The notes under the pieces were generated by a model. It saw nothing but the letters and a program-made list of their open reading frames with translations. It was not told the DNA's origin and did no database searches. Both the position numbers and the translations under genes were made by a program. From positions 29,930 through 93,929 of the forward strand of contig QPMI01000130.1 in NCBI GenBank assembly GCA_004431415.1: a stretch of 64,000 nucleotides of DNA. The letters run 5' to 3'. This document shows, in pieces, positions 59,612 to 64,000 of this stretch; position 1 is the stretch's first letter; every line of letters begins with the position of its first letter. The stretch is from Cyanophora paradoxa CCMP329. Taxonomy: Eukaryota; Plantae; Glaucophyta.

Positions 59612-62600
59612 ATGGGGTCAGCCCTAAGCAACAACTCTCAGCGCGGGCGCGTCGTGACGAAGGGACCTGCAACGTCTACGCCCGGCGAGTCTCGTGGCGC
59701 TGGCCGGACCTCACGCAGCTCCGATGGGAACGCGTCGGAAGGGAAGCAGTCCCTGGGAGCATCTCTCTCCGAAAAAGCGGCATCTAAGAGCCACGACTAC
59801 GTGGACTTGCAGCAGAGGCTTTCGCACCTGCGACTCCAGCGCTCGGATGGCACCTCGCCGGCCGGCAGCGCCAATGCCTCTCCAGCCGCAACGCAGACTC
59901 TAACGCAGGCGAACGGCCTGCAAGTGCCCCCGCCCAAGGTGGAAACCCTCAGCATACCCGCGCCACCGCCGGCCGAACCCCCTGCGACGCTGCAACCTGC
60001 CGCACTCGACCCCAGGCTCGCGCCGCCAGAAGTGCGCCACCTCCCGCGCCGCGCTCCCCACGCCTTGGACCGAAGCGCGTGCGCCAGCCTCCAGAGCACT
60101 TCGGCGAAGAGGAGGAGGAGGAGGAGGCGGCGCACGATGACGGCTACTACACGTGCGCCCTCCTTCCGCTTCCTTATCCCCCGCGCTGCGGTGACGGGGC
60201 CGCGCCGGGCGCGGCGGGCGGCAGGGAGGAGGAAAGGAGGAGGAGGCGGGGGCAGAGCGCGCAGCGGGTGGAGGCGCCGCCGCAGCCGATCCGGTGGCAG
60301 CGGGGCGAGATGCTCGGCGCCGGCGCCTTCGGGAAGGTCTTCCTCGGCCTCAACGTCGACACCGGCGAGCTCATCGCCATCAAGCAGGCCCGCCCCGCCC
60401 CGCCCCGCCCTCCCCCGTGCTCCGCCCCGCGGCGAGCCGCCGGCGCAGGTCTCCTACGCCGGCATCAACAAGCAGAAGGCGGAGGAGGTGCGCGGGGCCG
60501 GCCGCGCAGGAGGCGCCGGGGCCGGCGGGGCCGGCTGGGGGCTGACAGGGGCGGCGGGGGCAGCACGTGGCGGCGCTGGAGGTGGAGATCGCGCTGCTGA
60601 AGCAGCTGCAGCACGAGAACATCGTCCGCTACGTCGGCTCCGAGACAGACCCCGAGCACCAGGAGATACGGTCCGCCCGCCCCGCCCTGCCCCGCCCCCT
60701 CCACGCCCCCGCCCCTCGCCTCACGCACCACCCCGCAGCATCTTCCTGGAGTACGTTCCGGGCGGCTCCATCGCCTCCCTCATCTCCAAGGCCCGCCCGC
60801 CCCGCCGCCGCCCCGCCGCCTGCGCGCCGGCTCGGGGGGCGAGGCGGGGCGGGGCGCAGTTCGGGCACCTGACGGAGTCGGTGATCCGGGTCTACACGCG
60901 GCAGCTGCTCCTCGGCCTCGACTACCTCCACTCCCACCAGATCATGCACCGCGGTCCGCCGGCCCCGCCGCCCCCGGCCCGCCCGGCTGCTGGCCGTGAC
61001 CCCGGGCGGGGGCCTCGCGGGGGCAGACATCAAGGGGGCGAACATCCTGGTGGACAACACGGGGACGATCAAGCTGGCGGACTTCGGGGCGTCGAAGAAG
61101 CTCGCGGAGATCATGACGATCTCGGACGGGCACAAGTCGCTGCGCGGCACGCCCTACTGGATGGCCCCCGAGGTCATCAAGCAGACCGGCCACGGCCGCC
61201 AGGCCGACATCTGGTCCGTCGGCTGCACCGTCCTCGAGATGGCCACCGGCGCGCCCCGCCCCGCCCCGCGCCGCGCCGGCGGCCGCTGAGGGCTCGGGCG
61301 CAGGGAAGCCGCCGTGGTCGCAGTTCCAGTCGCAGGTGTCGGCGCTCTTCCACATCGCGTCGGCCAAGGGCCCGCCCCCCATCCCCGAGCACCTCTCCGC
61401 CGACGCCCACGACTTCCTCATGCTCTGCTTCCGCCGGCCCGCCCCGCCCCCGCCCCCGCCGGCCCCGCCGGCCCCGCCACGCGCGCCCCGCTGACGGCGC
61501 GGCGCAGGAGCCCGAAGGAGCGCCCGAACGCCTCGCGCCTGCTCACGCACCCCTTCGTCGCGAACGTGCCCGGGGCGGCCCGCGCGCGCCCCGGCCCCCG
61601 CCCCAAGCTACGACCGGGCGGCCTACGGGGGCCCCCTCTACGAGGCGGAGACGATCCTCGAGGACGAGGCGGCCGAGGCCGAGGCCGAGGCCGCCGCCGC
61701 CGCCGCCGCCGCCGCCGCCCAGCCCCCGCCCGCCCCGCCGGCACCGGCGCACCCTCCCCGGCCTCCGGCGGCCCTGGCCCGCGGTCGCGGGGCGGCCCCG
61801 GGGCGCCCGGGCGGGGGCGCGCGGGGAGCGTGCGGAGAGCGTGCCAGTGCCGGGGCGGCAGGGGGCGAGATCCTCGGCTTCCTCGCCGACAAGGTCCAGC
61901 GCGACTACGACGTCCGCCCCGCCCCCGCGCCCGCCCCGCCCCCGCCCGCCCGCGCTCACGCCCCCGCAGTCCCTCACCGACGGCCGCTTCCGGGACGGGT
62001 ACGCGTCGATCCTGCGGCAGCACGCGGCGGAGCGCGGGGAGGGGCCACCGGCCCCGGGCAGCGGCCGCCGCCAGCTGAGCGCCCCCCGGGCCCGGCCCCA
62101 GCGGCGGCTCCCCGCACCCGCCCCGCGGCAACGGCTACGGCTACGGGGCGCCCCCGCCGCGCGGCGGCCAGCTGCCGCCGCTGCGGGCGGCGCCCCCGCG
62201 CCCTCGAGCGGCATGGGCGAGTCGCCTTCGGGGCGGGCGGGGCGGGCGGGGCCCGGCCCCGGCCCCGGGGCGGGCGGGGGCGGGCGGCTGGCGGTGGCGC
62301 TGCCGGAGGAGGGGGACTGGGAGAGGGAGGCGCGGCGGCGGCAGTACGTGGCCGAGCTCGACGCCGAGCTGCAGCGCATGCGCGACGCCCGCCGCCAGCA
62401 GCAGCAGCAGCAGCTCCAGCAGGGCCCGCCCCAGCCGCAGGGCCCCGCCGGCGGGGACTGGGGCGGGGCGCGGGGGAGGGCGGGGGAGCCCGTACGGCGG
62501 GGCAGCCCCTTCAGCGCCGGCGGCAGCGGCCGCAGCGGCCACAGCGGCCGCAGCGGCGGGTCGCGCGCGGGCGGAGGCTGGGCGCCCCCGGGGCGGCGGG

Positions 62601-62697
62601 GGAGGGGGCGGCGTGGGGCCGGGAGGGCCCCGAGGCGCCGTGGCGGAACGCGCCGGGGCGGCCCCGCGAGGTCGACCCCCAGTACGGCGCCTACTAG
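59612..62697 (+). CDS. MAP kinase kinase kinase, STE11/MEKK family (NPK1/ANP-like)
   Basis: [72 protein letters not shown] and [20 protein letters not shown]. Confidence 0.96.
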
Positions 62698-62979
62698 CAG
62701 GGGCCCGCAGGCCCCGCAGCAGCTCCCGTCCCCCGCCCCCGCCCGCCTCCTGGCCTCCCCGCGCAGCGAAGCGCTCGCCCCCCGCCCCCGTCCCCGTCCC
62801 TTCCCCGTCCCGTTCCTGCAGCAACTCGCTATCTCTCCTGCAACCCGCTTTGTATGTGTCTGTGAAGAAGGAAGTGCACGTGATTAGAAAGCACGCGGTG
62901 GGCGCTGAGCGGCTCTGTATCACGTCGAGAGCTGGAGCACAGAGCGGGCAGCGGAGAGAGGTCGGGGCGGGGCGGGGGG

Positions 62980-64000
62980 CTACTGGGAGGCGAGCCAGGC
63001 GTTGAGGGCGGCGAGGCGCTTGTCGAGGGGCACGGCGGCGGGGACGTCGAGGCCCTCCGCCTCCGCCAGCTTCACCAGCTTCAGCGCCGCCCCCACGTCC
63101 GGGCCCTGCCCGCCCCGTCCCGCCCCGCCCTCAGCACGCGCCCCGGCAGAGCCGGCGCGGGGGCGGGTGCGGGGGCGGCCTCGCCTGGAGCTGGCCGGTG
63201 AGGGCGAGGCGGAGGGGCATGAAGAGCTTCTTGCCCTTGCGGCCCGTCTCGGCCTGGAGGCCCTTCACGAACTCCTTCCACTTGGCCGTGTCCAGCTGCT
63301 GCTCGGCCCCCAGCGCCCCCGCCTCGTACTGCGCCACCACCCTGCCCCCGCCCCGCCTCGGCGCGGGGAGGGGCGGGGGGGCGGGGGCGGGCGCGCGTCC
63401 TGGCGAATTCGACGAAGGCGTCCTCGAGGAGAGCGGCGCGCCCGTCGGCGCCCGGCGTCTCCCCGCGCATCGTCGCCTCCAGCGGGTACGAGACCGCCGA
63501 CTCCAGCGCCCCGTTCGCGTCCGTCACCTGCCGCCCCGCCCCGCCCCCTCAGCCCCCGCCCCGCCGGGCGCCCGGGACCCAGGGGCCCGGGGGCCGCGCG
63601 GGCCTTCTCGAGGGAGTCCTTGAAGAGGGCGACGGCGGCCGACAGGAACGGGCTCGCCTGCGCGCCGCCGCGGCTGTCGGAGGGGGCCGGGCGGGATGGG
63701 GCGGGGCGGGGCGGGGCGGACGGCGGGGTCCATGGAGTCGGCGCCGCGGACGATGCCGGCCTTGCCCCACTCCTCTGCCATCGTCTTCGCCACCTGCGCC
63801 CGCCCCCCGCCACCGCCCCGCGTCGGCCGCCGCAGCGAGGGGGGGTCGGGGGGCGGGGCGGCGGGGCGGGGCGGGGCGGGCCTGGTCGGCGGGGAGGGAC
63901 TTGACGTGCTGGCCGTTGACCCAGCGCAGCTTCGCCTGGTCGAAGATCGCCGCGCTCTTCGTGATCCGGTCCAGCGAGAACGCTGCCCCCGGCCCCGCCC
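62980..64000 (-). CDS. gltX: Glutamyl-tRNA synthetase, organellar/bacterial type (3' part; continues beyond the window)
   Basis: FSLDRITKSAAIFDQAKLRWVNGQH and [23 protein letters not shown]. Confidence 0.93.

Overview
Very GC-rich, intron-dense eukaryotic nuclear DNA, most likely from a glaucophyte alga (Cyanophora-like). This is inferred from a nuclear, intron-containing cpcG phycobilisome rod-core linker gene and from plastid transit peptides with an N-proximal Phe. The supplied ORF track is mostly GC-driven noise, so genes were rebuilt by hand across introns of about 47-110 nt. About 18 genes are recognisable: ATG4, an SDR, an EEF1AKMT4-like methyltransferase, a MUB/UBL3, an aldo-keto reductase, a coiled-coil protein, two TIS11/ZFP36-like tandem CCCH proteins, a histidine phosphatase, TMEM258/OST5, an ankyrin-pseudokinase, cpcG, a sacsin/NO VEIN-like ATPase-DUF3883 protein, a TrmH methyltransferase, a multi-TM class I phosphodiesterase, plastid peptide deformylase, an NPK1-like MAP3K and the 3' part of an organellar GluRS. 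The first ~6.3 kb and the long spacers upstream of the CCCH genes hold satellites, MITE-like elements and palindromic low-complexity DNA. The strongest signal is the splicing code: 10 of 23 hand-parsed introns in three conserved stretches need GC-AG boundaries. Donors are mostly G|GYSCGC, there is usually no U-rich polypyrimidine tract, and intron bodies are (CCCCG)n/(GGGGC)n. Gene coordinates are manual spans including introns, and some ends are approximate.
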